This document shows, one piece after another, positions 8,890 to 18,788 of a DNA stretch of 64,000 bases (within the stretch, counting starts at the first letter, position 1; every line of letters starts with the position of its first letter). Source of the stretch: Acidobacteriota bacterium (lineage in GTDB: Bacteria > Acidobacteriota > CAIWXX01); NCBI GenBank assembly GCA_040755995.1, contig JBFMAF010000015.1:32001-96000 (forward strand), given 5' to 3'. The notes under the pieces are model-generated. The model searched no databases, was not told where the DNA came from, and saw only the letters and a list, made by a program, of their open reading frames with translations. A program made the position numbers and the translations under genes.

Positions 8890-9912
8890 TCAACGCTGGT
8901 AGCGGTTCACTGCGTTTGTGTGAGCGCTCAGGTTTGCCGAGAAGACGTGTGTTCCGTCGTTCCGAGAGACGAAGTAGAGGTAGTCGGTCTTCGGCGGAAA
9001 GAGCGCCGCCTCCAGCGCCGCGGCTCCGGGGTTGCAGATCGGCCCAGGCGGGAGGCCCGGATATAGATACGTGTTATAAGGTGAAGCCATGGCAAGGTCC
9101 GACCGGTGAATTGTGCCGTCGTAGACACCCTCGATCATCATGGCATAGATCACGGTCGGGTCGCACTGAAGGAGCATGCGGCGGCTGAGACGGTTGACGA
9201 ACACGGACGCAACCAGCGGGCGTTCGCCGTCCTGCCCCGTCTCCCTCTCGATCATGGACGCCAGAATCACGGCATCGCGGAATCCCAGCGATGGCGCAGA
9301 GCGCCCGCGCAGCTCCCCGTACCTCCGAAGAAACGTGTCGACCTGCACCCTCACGATCTCGGCGGCGCCGACCCCGTGCCGGAACGCATAGGTTTCGGGG
9401 AAAAGGTACCCCTCGAGATCGCGCGCTTCTCCGTCGTGGGCACCGATCAATGACGTGTCTCGCGCCGCCGCGAGGTAGTCCGAGGCCGGGCACACACCCC
9501 CCTCATCGAGACGCGCGGCAATCTCAGCCGCCGTGAGACCCTCTGGTATCGTTACCTGGTGCAGCACCACCTCTCCCGCCTGCAGCTTGCGCAGGACCTC
9601 CACGGGTGTTGCCGGCATCCTGAACTCATACTCGCCCGCCTTGAGCGACGTCTCACCCTTCCAGCGATAGTAGAGCTCGAGGAACCTGGCGCTCTCGATC
9701 ACGCCGTTCGACTGCAGTCGACGAAAAATCGGCGGAGGGCTCATGCCCGGATCGATCATGACCACGATCACCGGCGAGCGGCCCGTGTACGGCCGCCGCG
9801 CCAGTCCTTCGACGAACCTCGGCACCAGCAACACAGCGGCAGCCGCAACCGTCAGCCCGAGAGCGAGCGCCAGCCACCGTAGCCCAAGGCGAGACCTGTT
9901 CTTCATTCTCAC
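8890..9912 (-). CDS. mltG: Endolytic transglycosylase MltG (YceG)
   Basis: LKAGEY, VTIPEG, LEGYLFPETY, LASMIERE, VASVFVNRL...LQCDPT, SPYNTY.YPGLPPGPICNPG; N-terminal TM helix. Start GTG 9912 or ATG 9906. Confidence 0.95.
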   Translation of the reverse strand: MRMKNRSRLGLRWLALALGLTVAAAAVLLVPRFVEGLARRPYTGRSPVIVVMIDPGMSPPPIFRRLQSNGVIESARFLELYYRWKGETSLKAGEYEFRMPATPVEVLRKLQAGEVVLHQVTIPEGLTAAEIAARLDEGGVCPASDYLAAARDTSLIGAHDGEARDLEGYLFPETYAFRHGVGAAEIVRVQVDTFLRRYGELRGRSAPSLGFRDAVILASMIERETGQDGERPLVASVFVNRLSRRMLLQCDPTVIYAMMIEGVYDGTIHRSDLAMASPYNTYLYPGLPPGPICNPGAAALEAALFPPKTDYLYFVSRNDGTHVFSANLSAHTNAVNRYQR

Positions 9913-9991
9913 TTCTCAGATTGCCCGCTATCAGCCGCGCACATTCTCCTCCCTCGTTTCCCTTTACCCTTTCCCCTTGTCCCTTGTACCT

Positions 9992-10408
9992 CTAACTCTT
10001 CCTGCTGTCGAGGAAGCTCTGCAGGATGAGAATGGCGCTCATTTCGTCGACAAGCTGCCGTTTGCGGCTGGCTCGTATGTTCTGCTCGCGCAGCGCAGCC
10101 TGCGCCACCACTGTAGTAAGGCGTTCGTCCCAGTACAACACCTCGATCGAGCACAGCTGACGAAGCGATTCTCCGAAGGCCTGCACCTGTTCGGCCATCC
10201 TGGACGGCGTGCCGTCCATGTTGAAGGGAAAGCCGAGAACGACCGCACCGACATCGTTCTCCTCGATGAATCGGCGCAGGGCATCGAGGTCGCGCGGGAG
10301 GCTTGTCCGCTGCATGATGCCGCGACCGGAGGCCAACGTCCGGGTCTCGTCGGAGAGGGCCAGACCGATCCGCTTCTCGCCGTAGTCGAGGCCGAGCACG
10401 CGACTCAT
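9992..10408 (-). CDS. ruvX: RuvX/YqgF family nuclease
   Basis: RVLGLDYGEKRIGLALSD, WDERLTT, VDEMSAILILQSFL; usual position upstream of mltG. Confidence 0.95.
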   Translation of the reverse strand: MSRVLGLDYGEKRIGLALSDETRTLASGRGIMQRTSLPRDLDALRRFIEENDVGAVVLGFPFNMDGTPSRMAEQVQAFGESLRQLCSIEVLYWDERLTTVVAQAALREQNIRASRKRQLVDEMSAILILQSFLDSRKS

Positions 10409-10418
10409 GACAAGCCCC

Positions 10419-12107
10419 CTAAGCACTCGCGCAGCAGCCGCGCGGATCTCCACTGAGCGACCGGAGGAGCTCGCCGGCGGAACGCGCGCGGACTCCCGCC
10501 ATCTTTCCGAGCGCGACGATCGGGGGCGGGCGGAGCCCCGCCGCGTTCAGGGCGTCGCCGTAGAAGATGTCCGCACTCGGCCCGTCGGCCACTAAACGCC
10601 CCTGCTTCATGACAATTGTCCGGTCCGCGTATTCCAGCGCCGCGCGCATCGAGTGCGTGATAATGAGGATGGTGTGCCCGGCGCGATTCAGGTCGGCCAA
10701 CAGGCCCAGGATCGCACGGCAGCCGGCGAGATCCAGTCCGGTGGTGGGTTCGTCCAGGATCAGGATACGCGGCTCCATCACGAGGACTGAGGCGACCGCG
10801 ATCCTCTGCCGGCTTCCCTTCGGCAGCGTGAACGGATCGACCTGGTCCTGGCCTGCGAGGCCCACTCTCTGGAGCACCGTGGCGACGCGCGCCCGCGTCT
10901 CCTGTTCGCTCCAGCCCATGTTGCGCGGACCGAACGCGACCTCTTCGGCGATGGTCGAAGCGAAGATCTGGTGGTCCGGGTTCTGGAACACGTAGCCGAT
11001 CTGCGATGCGAGCCAGGCAAAGCGCGCGCGGGCGAGGTCTTCTCCGGCTACTCGAACGGCGCCTCCGCGCGGGCGGAGGAGGCCGGCCATCAGCTTCGCC
11101 ATTGTCGTCTTGCCGCATCCGTTATGTCCGAGGAGCGCGACGAACTCGCCTTCCGTGATCTCGACCGAAAGGTCCTCGAACAGCGTCTTGGATCCGTACG
11201 CAAAGCTGACGCGATCGAGCGCGATCACGGCACGGGCGTTGCGCGCCACACGCGGCTCCGCACCGGAAGCGGGCGTCTCGCGCGCCGCGGGGCCGGCCGT
11301 GAGTGCTACACGCAGGTCCTGTTCGGCCATCGAGTCGAGGCCCAGTTCGGAGGCCAGCACTGCCGGCTCGAAAGGCTGAACCGAGTTCGACTCGAACAGG
11401 CCCGGCTGCATGAGCAGTTCGCGCGACCCCTCCGCCGCCACTCGTCCGGCCTGCATGATCACCAGTCGCTCGGAGTGCAGCGCCGGTTCGATCTCATGTT
11501 CCACGATGACGAGCAGGTCCGCCTGGCCTGCGATCCTCTCGTGCAACGCGAAGATCTGTTCCTTGCCCAGCGGATCGAGGTCGGTGGTAGGCTCATCCAG
11601 GATCAGCAGGCGCGGCCTCATGGAGAGGACCGAGGCGATCGCCAGTCGTTGCTTCTCGCCGCCGGAGAGTGTCGCAGGGTTCCGGTCCTCGTAGCCAGAC
11701 AGGCCGACGATATCCAGCGCCCAGCTCACGCGGCGCCGGACCTCGCCTGCCGGCACGTTCAGGTTCTCAGGCCCGAAGGCGACCTCCTTTACTACGTTGG
11801 TAGAAAATAACTGCCGCTCGAAATCCTGGAACACGAGGCCGGCCAGCGGCGCCATGCGTGCGACAGGGTGTGAGGCTGCTCTGAAACTCGCGACGGACTC
11901 CCCGGCGATTTCGATTTCGCCTTCGAGCTCACCTTCGACGGCGGTGCCGAGCAGGCCGCGGAGCGCCATGCACAGCGTCGACTTCCCGGCGCCCGTGGGG
12001 CCCATGACGAGCAAATGCTGGCCCTTACGCGCCGACAGGCTCACACCGTCCAGCGCTTTCGAGGCCGCCGCTGCATACTTGAACGAGACGTCTGCAATCC
12101 TGAGCAC
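10419..12107 (-). CDS. ECF transporter ATPase with two fused ABC domains
   Basis: Two Walker A motifs (GPTGAGKST, GHNGCGKTT), VFQDFERQLF / VFQNPDHQIF, EVAFGP.N, LSGGEKQR, LDEPT twice. Confidence 0.9.
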   Translation of the reverse strand: MLRIADVSFKYAAAASKALDGVSLSARKGQHLLVMGPTGAGKSTLCMALRGLLGTAVEGELEGEIEIAGESVASFRAASHPVARMAPLAGLVFQDFERQLFSTNVVKEVAFGPENLNVPAGEVRRRVSWALDIVGLSGYEDRNPATLSGGEKQRLAIASVLSMRPRLLILDEPTTDLDPLGKEQIFALHERIAGQADLLVIVEHEIEPALHSERLVIMQAGRVAAEGSRELLMQPGLFESNSVQPFEPAVLASELGLDSMAEQDLRVALTAGPAARETPASGAEPRVARNARAVIALDRVSFAYGSKTLFEDLSVEITEGEFVALLGHNGCGKTTMAKLMAGLLRPRGGAVRVAGEDLARARFAWLASQIGYVFQNPDHQIFASTIAEEVAFGPRNMGWSEQETRARVATVLQRVGLAGQDQVDPFTLPKGSRQRIAVASVLVMEPRILILDEPTTGLDLAGCRAILGLLADLNRAGHTILIITHSMRAALEYADRTIVMKQGRLVADGPSADIFYGDALNAAGLRPPPIVALGKMAGVRARSAGELLRSLSGDPRGCCASA

Positions 12108-12117
12108 CTGCGTATTA

Positions 12118-12182
12118 TATACAGCGCGTCATACACAGCGTCTACTCGTCCAAACTATTGTGGACTTATGACGCGCTGTATA
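12118..12182. repeat. 65-bp MITE-like element with perfect 16-bp terminal inverted repeats
   Basis: TATACAGCGCGTCATA (12118-12133) and TATGACGCGCTGTATA (12167-12182); TA at both outer ends. Confidence 0.7.
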
Positions 12183-12338
12183 GCGGTTCGCTTCGGTGTT
12201 GGACCCGTCGCCAACAGCATCCGTGCCCGTACCCGTTCGCGCACCGGAGAAGGATGGGCCGGAATCGGGTACGGGCATAACTCGAGAGCGGCGACCATGC
12301 ACAGGATTCGCTAAGCGCCGGCGCGCCCGCGAGCGGCG

Positions 12339-12367
12339 TTGACACCTCCGCGGCGGTATGGTAGCTT
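12339..12367 (+). promoter_or_regulatory. Predicted sigma70-type promoter for the STAS gene
   Basis: TTGACA-17 bp-TAGCTT with an extended TGn element. Confidence 0.6.
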
Positions 12368-12441
12368 TTTCAATGCTTTCAGTCTGCTGGAAAGTACCGT
12401 GAGTCATACGGGTTCTGGCATCGGAGAAAGGAGCATTGGCC

Positions 12442-12777
12442 ATGAAGATTGGGACGAGAAAGGTCGGTGAGGTTGTCATCCTGGACCTCGAGGGCAAGAT
12501 ACTCATCGGCGATGGCTGCCAGGAATTGCGCGATGCCGTGTGCAAGGCTCTGGACGAGGGGCACAACAAGATCCTGCTGAATCTGGTCGGCGTGCCCTAT
12601 ATGGACAGCACTGGTCTGGGTGAGGTGATTCGAAACTACAAGACCGTGATGGACAAGGGTGGGAAGCTCAAGCTGCTCAGTCTGACCAGCCGGATGAAGG
12701 ATCTCATGTCGATGACGAAGCTCCTCACGGTGTTCGAGGTTTTTGAAGTGGAGCAGGAGGCGCTGGCAAGCTTCTAG
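12442..12777 (+). CDS. STAS domain anti-sigma factor antagonist
   Basis: VVILDLEGKI..ILLNLVGVPYMDSTGLGE..GGKLKL..TKLLTVFEVF; SD AAAGGAG upstream. Confidence 0.92.
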   Translation: MKIGTRKVGEVVILDLEGKILIGDGCQELRDAVCKALDEGHNKILLNLVGVPYMDSTGLGEVIRNYKTVMDKGGKLKLLSLTSRMKDLMSMTKLLTVFEVFEVEQEALASF

Positions 12778-12984
12778 TAAGCCCCGCCTGAACGAAGGTA
12801 GAAGTTCGCCTGGGCAGTAGAAAGGCGATCGTTGCGTGCCGGCAGCGGCAGCGCCTCGCACGGTGCAGCCAGGCCGGCCGAGTGCTATGCACAATCGATC
12901 CTCTAGCTTGAGGGCCGCTCGGGCCGGGCCGTGCAAAGCCCGAGGGGATGCTGGGCGACAGAGGATGTCCCGGGTGTAGTCCTC

Positions 12985-15309
12985 ATGCCAGCGGAAAAAT
13001 CCGGCAAGCAGGGCGTCCCGGAGACTCTGCGAAGCCTGCAAGTAGCGATCAGGGCTTCCAGCCTTTACACGGTCAACCACCCGACGAGCCTGAAAGCGAT
13101 CAACACGGCCATCAGCCACCTGCAGAAGTTCTTCGAAGAGAAGGATGTCATCAATATCCAGATCGCCAACTCCACGGTCTTCTGGGACAAGGCGCAGCAG
13201 GACCGTGACAACATCCACGTGAAGAACTTCGTAGCCGAGGTCTCGACCCGGAATGTCGTCGGCCTCACGTTCCAGCGGAAGCTGACGATGGATGAATTCA
13301 AGGGCTTCATGCGGGTCATCAGCCTGAAGGCGGCGAAGACCGAGGAGCTCGGCGGCATGCACAAGGCCCTGGCGGCAGAGAACATACAGAACATCAGGGT
13401 TGGTCTCTTCACGCCGGACTCCGTTGCAGGTGCTGGTGCGGGTGTTGGTGGTGGCATGGGCTTTGGTGGAGTGCCGCTGCTGCCGGAGATGGCGGCCTTC
13501 GCCAACTACTTCACGGGCAAGGAATCGGGCCTGGCCGGATTCGAGGAACGTTTCTTCCGTGAGACGGACAGCAATCCCGCCTTCATTGGACAGCTCGTCT
13601 CGCGCGCGGCGAAGGAGGTGGCGGAGGCCGAGGGCGAGCACTGGGTGGTGCACTACCTGCGTTCGCTCGAGAAGATCGCGACCGCCTTCTCGGCGAAGGT
13701 GGGCCCCGACCCTGAGGCGCTCAGGAGGGTGCTTATCCCCGTCGCGCTCTCCTTCGACCAGGACGTCAAGCACGAGCTCCTGACCCTGGGTCGGGAGTAC
13801 GCAACATCGGCCGGCGGTTCGATCTCCGAGATGTATCCCGACATCATGAGCGAGATTGTCGCCGATCGGATTCGCCACGAGTACGTGGAGGGAAAGAAGA
13901 CAGGCAACGATCTTGGAGACAGGGCCATCGAGTTGCTGAAACATCTCGAGAATTCCGAGAAGGCAGTCGGGCTGATCGAAAAGAAGCTGGTCGAATCCGG
14001 CATGGCCCCCGAACAGATCGGCGATGTGGTGGACCAAATCCACTGGAGCGAGTACACGGTCGGCCAGAAGCTGGGCCGGATCATGGCCGGTGAGAAGCCC
14101 TGGGCGCGAGACTTCGACAAGGTCCACTCCACGCTCGTCGAGCTCGTCAAGGGTGCGCAACTAGCCGAGGCCACCTCGCTCGTTCGATCCTACGTCTCGG
14201 GGCTTCGCGCTCGGGAGGAGGAGGTCAGGCGGCTGGTCGCCGAGAGGTGTACGAAGCTCCTCGACCCGTTCCGCGAGGGCCCCGAATGCGAGAAACTGGC
14301 CGACTTCCTGGGCAGCGAGCTCAGCGAGTGCCTGCGGGTGGAAACCGCCGTGCCGGCCTGCGAGGCCATGGCGGCTACCCTCGGCAGCTTCGTCCAGGAG
14401 TGCTTGAAGCAGCGGCAATTCAAGCGTGCCCGGGATCTCATCGTCGAGCTCGACGAGATGCGGCTGGGATCGGACGTCGAAGCGTGGAAGGCGGACCTGG
14501 TCAGGAAAGCATTGCGCGGAATAAGCGATACGTCGGTGATCTCGGTGCTCACGGGGGAGCTCCACGGCCCCGACGGCGCCCGTGATCCCCAGGTGGCGAA
14601 TCTGATTCGCACCTTGGGCGCAAGCATAGTCGAGCCCCTGATCAGCACACTCGGAGAGGAAAAGGACAGGAGCAAACGCGCCCGCCTGGTCGAGGCAATA
14701 ATGATCGTAGGCCAGCCCGGCGAGGACTTCATCATCTCGGCCTTGAACGATCGGAGGTGGTATCTGGTCCGCAACCTGGCGATCATGCTGGGTGAGATCG
14801 GAGGCGAAAGATCGGTTTCATCGCTGGAGAAGGTCATCTATCACAGGGATTCGCGAGTGTCGCGCGTGGTTGTGCGCGCGCTCATCAAGATCGGTTCGCC
14901 GGCGGCATACCGCGCGCTCGCGCGTGCACTGGAGATCGGCCCCGAAGATCTGCGGCTGCAAGTGATCGCCAGCTGCGCCGTTCCCGGCAATGAAGCCATC
15001 CTGCCGGGCCTCGCCGAGATCGCCAGGGCCAAGCCCCAGGCCAGCGCCGCCGACGCAGTTCGAAAAAGGGCAATCGAAGGCCTCGGCAAGATCGGATCGC
15101 CGCAAGCGGTGCCGGTTCTGGCCGACCTGCTCGAGAAGCGCTCGCTGTTCTCTATGGCCGAAGAGTCCGATACGCGGCTGGCCGCCGTTCGCGCCCTGGG
15201 CGCTATCGACTGCCCGGAGGCGCGTGAGGCACTGGCGCGCGCAGCCCACAAGGACCCAAAGGACGATGTGCGCCGCGAAGCGATGCGGTGGCTGGGCGAG
15301 GAATTCTAG
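12985..15309 (+). CDS. HEAT-repeat protein
   Basis: C-terminal HEAT repeats (DRRWYLVRNLAIMLGEIG, RKRAIEGLGKIG, RLAAVRALGAI); start approximate. Confidence 0.8.
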   Translation: MPAEKSGKQGVPETLRSLQVAIRASSLYTVNHPTSLKAINTAISHLQKFFEEKDVINIQIANSTVFWDKAQQDRDNIHVKNFVAEVSTRNVVGLTFQRKLTMDEFKGFMRVISLKAAKTEELGGMHKALAAENIQNIRVGLFTPDSVAGAGAGVGGGMGFGGVPLLPEMAAFANYFTGKESGLAGFEERFFRETDSNPAFIGQLVSRAAKEVAEAEGEHWVVHYLRSLEKIATAFSAKVGPDPEALRRVLIPVALSFDQDVKHELLTLGREYATSAGGSISEMYPDIMSEIVADRIRHEYVEGKKTGNDLGDRAIELLKHLENSEKAVGLIEKKLVESGMAPEQIGDVVDQIHWSEYTVGQKLGRIMAGEKPWARDFDKVHSTLVELVKGAQLAEATSLVRSYVSGLRAREEEVRRLVAERCTKLLDPFREGPECEKLADFLGSELSECLRVETAVPACEAMAATLGSFVQECLKQRQFKRARDLIVELDEMRLGSDVEAWKADLVRKALRGISDTSVISVLTGELHGPDGARDPQVANLIRTLGASIVEPLISTLGEEKDRSKRARLVEAIMIVGQPGEDFIISALNDRRWYLVRNLAIMLGEIGGERSVSSLEKVIYHRDSRVSRVVVRALIKIGSPAAYRALARALEIGPEDLRLQVIASCAVPGNEAILPGLAEIARAKPQASAADAVRKRAIEGLGKIGSPQAVPVLADLLEKRSLFSMAEESDTRLAAVRALGAIDCPEAREALARAAHKDPKDDVRREAMRWLGEEF

Positions 15310-15316
15310 GGCAGCG

Positions 15317-15378
15317 ATACGGCGCGTCAGACCCGCTTGACCTCGTTGAACCGGATGTGGACCTATCACGCGCTGTAT
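15317..15378. repeat. Second copy of the MITE-like element
   Basis: ATACGGCGCGTCAGA...CTCGT...TGTGGACCTATCACGCGCTGTAT aligns end to end with 12118-12182. Confidence 0.6.
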
Positions 15379-15627
15379 GTCGCACTCGGACGGCCGGCCA
15401 CCGCGTTTCGCGATTGACGCGGAGACGAGAGGAGTGGGAGACGCGGAGAAGGCAGTGAATCTCCTCACCGCGTACACGTGTCACCGCTTCGTCAAGACCT
15501 TCTGAGCGCACGCGCTCGCTGGCTCCTCTCCCGCCCCTCTTTCCCGCCTCCCCGTGTCTCCGCGTCACCGCGTCCGCCGCATTCGCGAACGAAGGCAACT
15601 GACTGGCACGCTCTATGCCGCCACTCT

Positions 15628-17814
15628 CTACCCGACCTCGAACGGTATGCGTGCGGAGCTCTTGCGGGCGCCGCCGCGGGCAGACGCTTCGACCTCGAGC
15701 TGGTAACGGCCGGGGCCAAGCTGAGTGGGGAGCTTGATTCGAAGGAGCATTTCGTAGTCGCTGGTGCTCAGCCACTCGCCGCGAAGAAACTTGTGGGCGG
15801 AGACCGGTGTGGGCGAACCGTCGGAGCCGGTCACGCGGAGAGCCAGATCGAGTGGAGGCGCGTCGGGCTTGTCCTGTTTCTCGAGGCCGTAGAGCTTGAC
15901 CAGCATCAGGCATTCGTCGCCCGCGCGCAGCTCGGGCTTCGCCCGTGCTGCCACCTGTTTGCCTTCGAACGTCAGAGGGAAGCATGAAGCCTGGTTCTTG
16001 GCGAGTACATTGGTCCACTCGCCGCCTTCGGAGAGCAGGCAGGAGGAGACCGAGAGGCCGATGAAGGGCAGAAGCGAGACGCGGGAGCTGCCGACGGCGC
16101 ACTTGCCGGTCTCCAGATCCCGGGCGATGCCGAGCAAGCGGTACACCCCGGGGGGAACAGACATCACGCCGAGGTAGCGCAGGCCGCCGCGAGCGGTCCC
16201 CGCTGGGAGCTCCGAGGGTCCGGCGACGGATGCTCTCGCCTGATGGTGCGAGTAGCCGATCACATCACCCGTGGAATCATTCGTTGCGAACAAGAAGAAT
16301 TCGAATTCGCGCTCCTTCGTCACACCCATCGAGGTGAGCACCTCCTCAGGCATCTCGACCACGCCGACGATCTGAGGAAGGCCTCCTGCCTCCGCTGATT
16401 CGGCGGATTCGGCAGTGACCGTACACCCGGGAAAGCTGAAACCATACGCCGGCACGTCGATCCCGACCGGGGATCGCGCGCTGTTGAGGATGGACGCCAC
16501 CTGAAGCTGCCGTTCGAGATCGTTGTACTCTACGAAAGGCTTGTCCTCGTAATAGCCCTTTCTGTAAGAGATCTTGGTGCCCGATCGTTCCAGGTCCACG
16601 TCGATCTCGTGATACTTGCCGGTCTTGGTCGATGGAGCGCGATAAGTGAGAAGGTAGTAAGAGGTGGTGGATTCGGCTACGGTGGTCATGACGCGATCGA
16701 TGAGGTTCGTGTGCCGGAAGACCTGTCCGCCGGTCTCGCCGGCCAGCTGCTCGAGCATGACGTGCGTGCGGACTGCTGAATCCTCGGTTGTGGTCGCCTC
16801 GCCGATCTGCCGTCCGCCGGTCGGATCGATCGAGAAGATGCGGCAGTCGCTCGTCGAGAAGTTGTTTGCGGCCTTCTCCAGGGTGTTGATGTTCCGGTTG
16901 TCGACGTCGCGCGTCGAGGTATCCATCTTCGTAAATTCGCCGAGCGCGAATTTTTCCGCGTTCAATGTCGCTTCGTCCAGCGTCTCGCCTCCGAGTGCCT
17001 TGATATCGAAGCCGTGTGAGAAGAGGACCATGACCTTCCGTCCCGGCATGGCGTCGATGCTTCGCGCGAAGGTGCTCAGCCGGTCAAGATAGCGCCCCAC
17101 ATCGGTCCGGTACTGCTGGACATCCGAGCGTTTCAAGTCCCTGTACAGGTAATCGTCCTCCTCGGCGCGCATATCCCTGGGGCCCTGTGTGAGGCCCTTG
17201 CGGAGCCATGTCGCCTTGACTGGTCCAGTCCGCTCCACCGGGACGATGCGAACCAGCCCCGCGGAGTCTGCGAGGAACTTGTTGCCCCTGGTCGACGCCA
17301 GCGAAGCCACCGCATCCGCGAGCTGTTCCTTGTCCTGCGTGAAGTTCATGTGCATCCTCACCCCTGCCGTCAGGTCGATGGTGAAGATCGCCGCATCATC
17401 GCCCGGCACCATGTCGCCGTCGATGAACTTCAATGTCGCCTCGCGCGCCGCCCGCAGCCCGCCGAGGTCTCCGAAACTCAAGTCGAACAAGAAGATGAAG
17501 TGGCGCGCCAGACGGATGCCGCCCGGCGCCGGCGGCGGAGCAGCCTGGGCGACCGGCAGAGGGATCTCTACGAGGAGCATGTCCTCGATCTCCTGCGGGT
17601 TCCCATTGTCCTTGATGCGGAAGTCCCCTTTCTTCAAATCCTTCACGGGCCTCCCATCATTGCCCGTCACCACGACCGGCACACTGATCACGGCGACCTC
17701 GGCCTTCTCCGTGACAGCTTGCTGAGAGCGGGCGTCGGCGAGTGCGCCCGCCACGGTGACGGCCGCGAGCAGAACCGCGAACGAACTGGTCATTCCCTTC
17801 TTACTGAAAATCAT
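15628..17814 (-). CDS. VWA domain-containing secreted protein (Acidobacteria-type)
   Basis: Signal peptide; VPVVVTGNDGRPVKDLKKGDF.I.DNG..QEI, FLFDLS, PGRKVMVLFSHG, LAGETGG, YYLLTY; SD GGAGG before ATG 17814. Confidence 0.88.
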   Translation of the reverse strand: MIFSKKGMTSSFAVLLAAVTVAGALADARSQQAVTEKAEVAVISVPVVVTGNDGRPVKDLKKGDFRIKDNGNPQEIEDMLLVEIPLPVAQAAPPPAPGGIRLARHFIFLFDLSFGDLGGLRAAREATLKFIDGDMVPGDDAAIFTIDLTAGVRMHMNFTQDKEQLADAVASLASTRGNKFLADSAGLVRIVPVERTGPVKATWLRKGLTQGPRDMRAEEDDYLYRDLKRSDVQQYRTDVGRYLDRLSTFARSIDAMPGRKVMVLFSHGFDIKALGGETLDEATLNAEKFALGEFTKMDTSTRDVDNRNINTLEKAANNFSTSDCRIFSIDPTGGRQIGEATTTEDSAVRTHVMLEQLAGETGGQVFRHTNLIDRVMTTVAESTTSYYLLTYRAPSTKTGKYHEIDVDLERSGTKISYRKGYYEDKPFVEYNDLERQLQVASILNSARSPVGIDVPAYGFSFPGCTVTAESAESAEAGGLPQIVGVVEMPEEVLTSMGVTKEREFEFFLFATNDSTGDVIGYSHHQARASVAGPSELPAGTARGGLRYLGVMSVPPGVYRLLGIARDLETGKCAVGSSRVSLLPFIGLSVSSCLLSEGGEWTNVLAKNQASCFPLTFEGKQVAARAKPELRAGDECLMLVKLYGLEKQDKPDAPPLDLALRVTGSDGSPTPVSAHKFLRGEWLSTSDYEMLLRIKLPTQLGPGRYQLEVEASARGGARKSSARIPFEVG

Positions 17815-17896
17815 GAGACCCTCCCATAGCATTGTTTGCAAGCATCGCGCACGGCGAGCCATGGCGGCCGGCCGCCGCGCTCGATCCGCTTCCGAG

Positions 17897-18448
17897 TCAT
17901 TGTCCGGCTCCGAATGCCGGCGACAGCTGTGCCAGCAGCAGGGCTGCGATGGTCTTCGCATCCCGAATCGCGCCTCGCCGCACGAGCTCCACGGCCTCCG
18001 TCATCGCCACCGGCACGACTTCGATCGACTCGTCCTCGTCGGCGGATCGCCCCTGGGCAGGGAGGAGTCCGGCGGCAAGGAAGCAATGAATCTTTTCGTC
18101 GGTGAATCCGGGCGTAGTGTAGAAATCGCCCAGGGGAATCCACGTAAGCGCCGCGTAGCCGGTCTCCTCTGCCAGCTCCCGCTGTGCGCATGCAAGCGGC
18201 TCCTCGCCGGCTGCGTCGAGCTTCCCCGCCGGCAGTTCCAGCAGCATCTCGGCGACGGCGTACCGGTACTGGCGAACCAGGACCACTCGCCCGTCGTCCA
18301 GGAGTGGGACAACCAGTGAGGCGCCCGGATGGCGCACGACCTCGCGGATCGTCTCGACCCCGTTCCCGAGCCGCACGCGATCCACGTCGAGCCTGACAAT
18401 GCGTCCCGAATACACTCGCTCACCCTCGAGCCTATGTTCTATCTCCAT
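17897..18448 (-). CDS. NUDIX hydrolase (ADP-ribose pyrophosphatase-like)
   Basis: REVVRHPGA, LVRQYRY, LELPAGKLD..EEPLACAQRELAEETG, DEDE.I, DAKTI. Confidence 0.92.
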   Translation of the reverse strand: MEIEHRLEGERVYSGRIVRLDVDRVRLGNGVETIREVVRHPGASLVVPLLDDGRVVLVRQYRYAVAEMLLELPAGKLDAAGEEPLACAQRELAEETGYAALTWIPLGDFYTTPGFTDEKIHCFLAAGLLPAQGRSADEDESIEVVPVAMTEAVELVRRGAIRDAKTIAALLLAQLSPAFGAGQ

Positions 18449-18788
18449 GCCCAGCATTATCCACGATTCTGGGCCGAATGGCATCGGCCCTGGGACGAGA
18501 CGGCGTCGTGGAGTTGGGAATGGCAAGATTCGCGGGGCATCAGACGGCTGAAATCGTTGCGAGGCGCCGTGAGCTACCACTCGGAATGCGATCAGTATCC
18601 GCGTAATTTCTGCGCTCTGCGCAATCTGCCGATCTACTCGGGCCGGTGCCTGGCGACTGCCCCGGGCCGAGTGATCACACCCGGGTGGATGGGTGGATTG
18701 CGGCGGTTGCGATGAAAGCGCAGCCGTACTACGATGTTCACGTGCTCCGTCTCATCGCCGACCTTTACGAATCATGCGAGGTGCTGCA

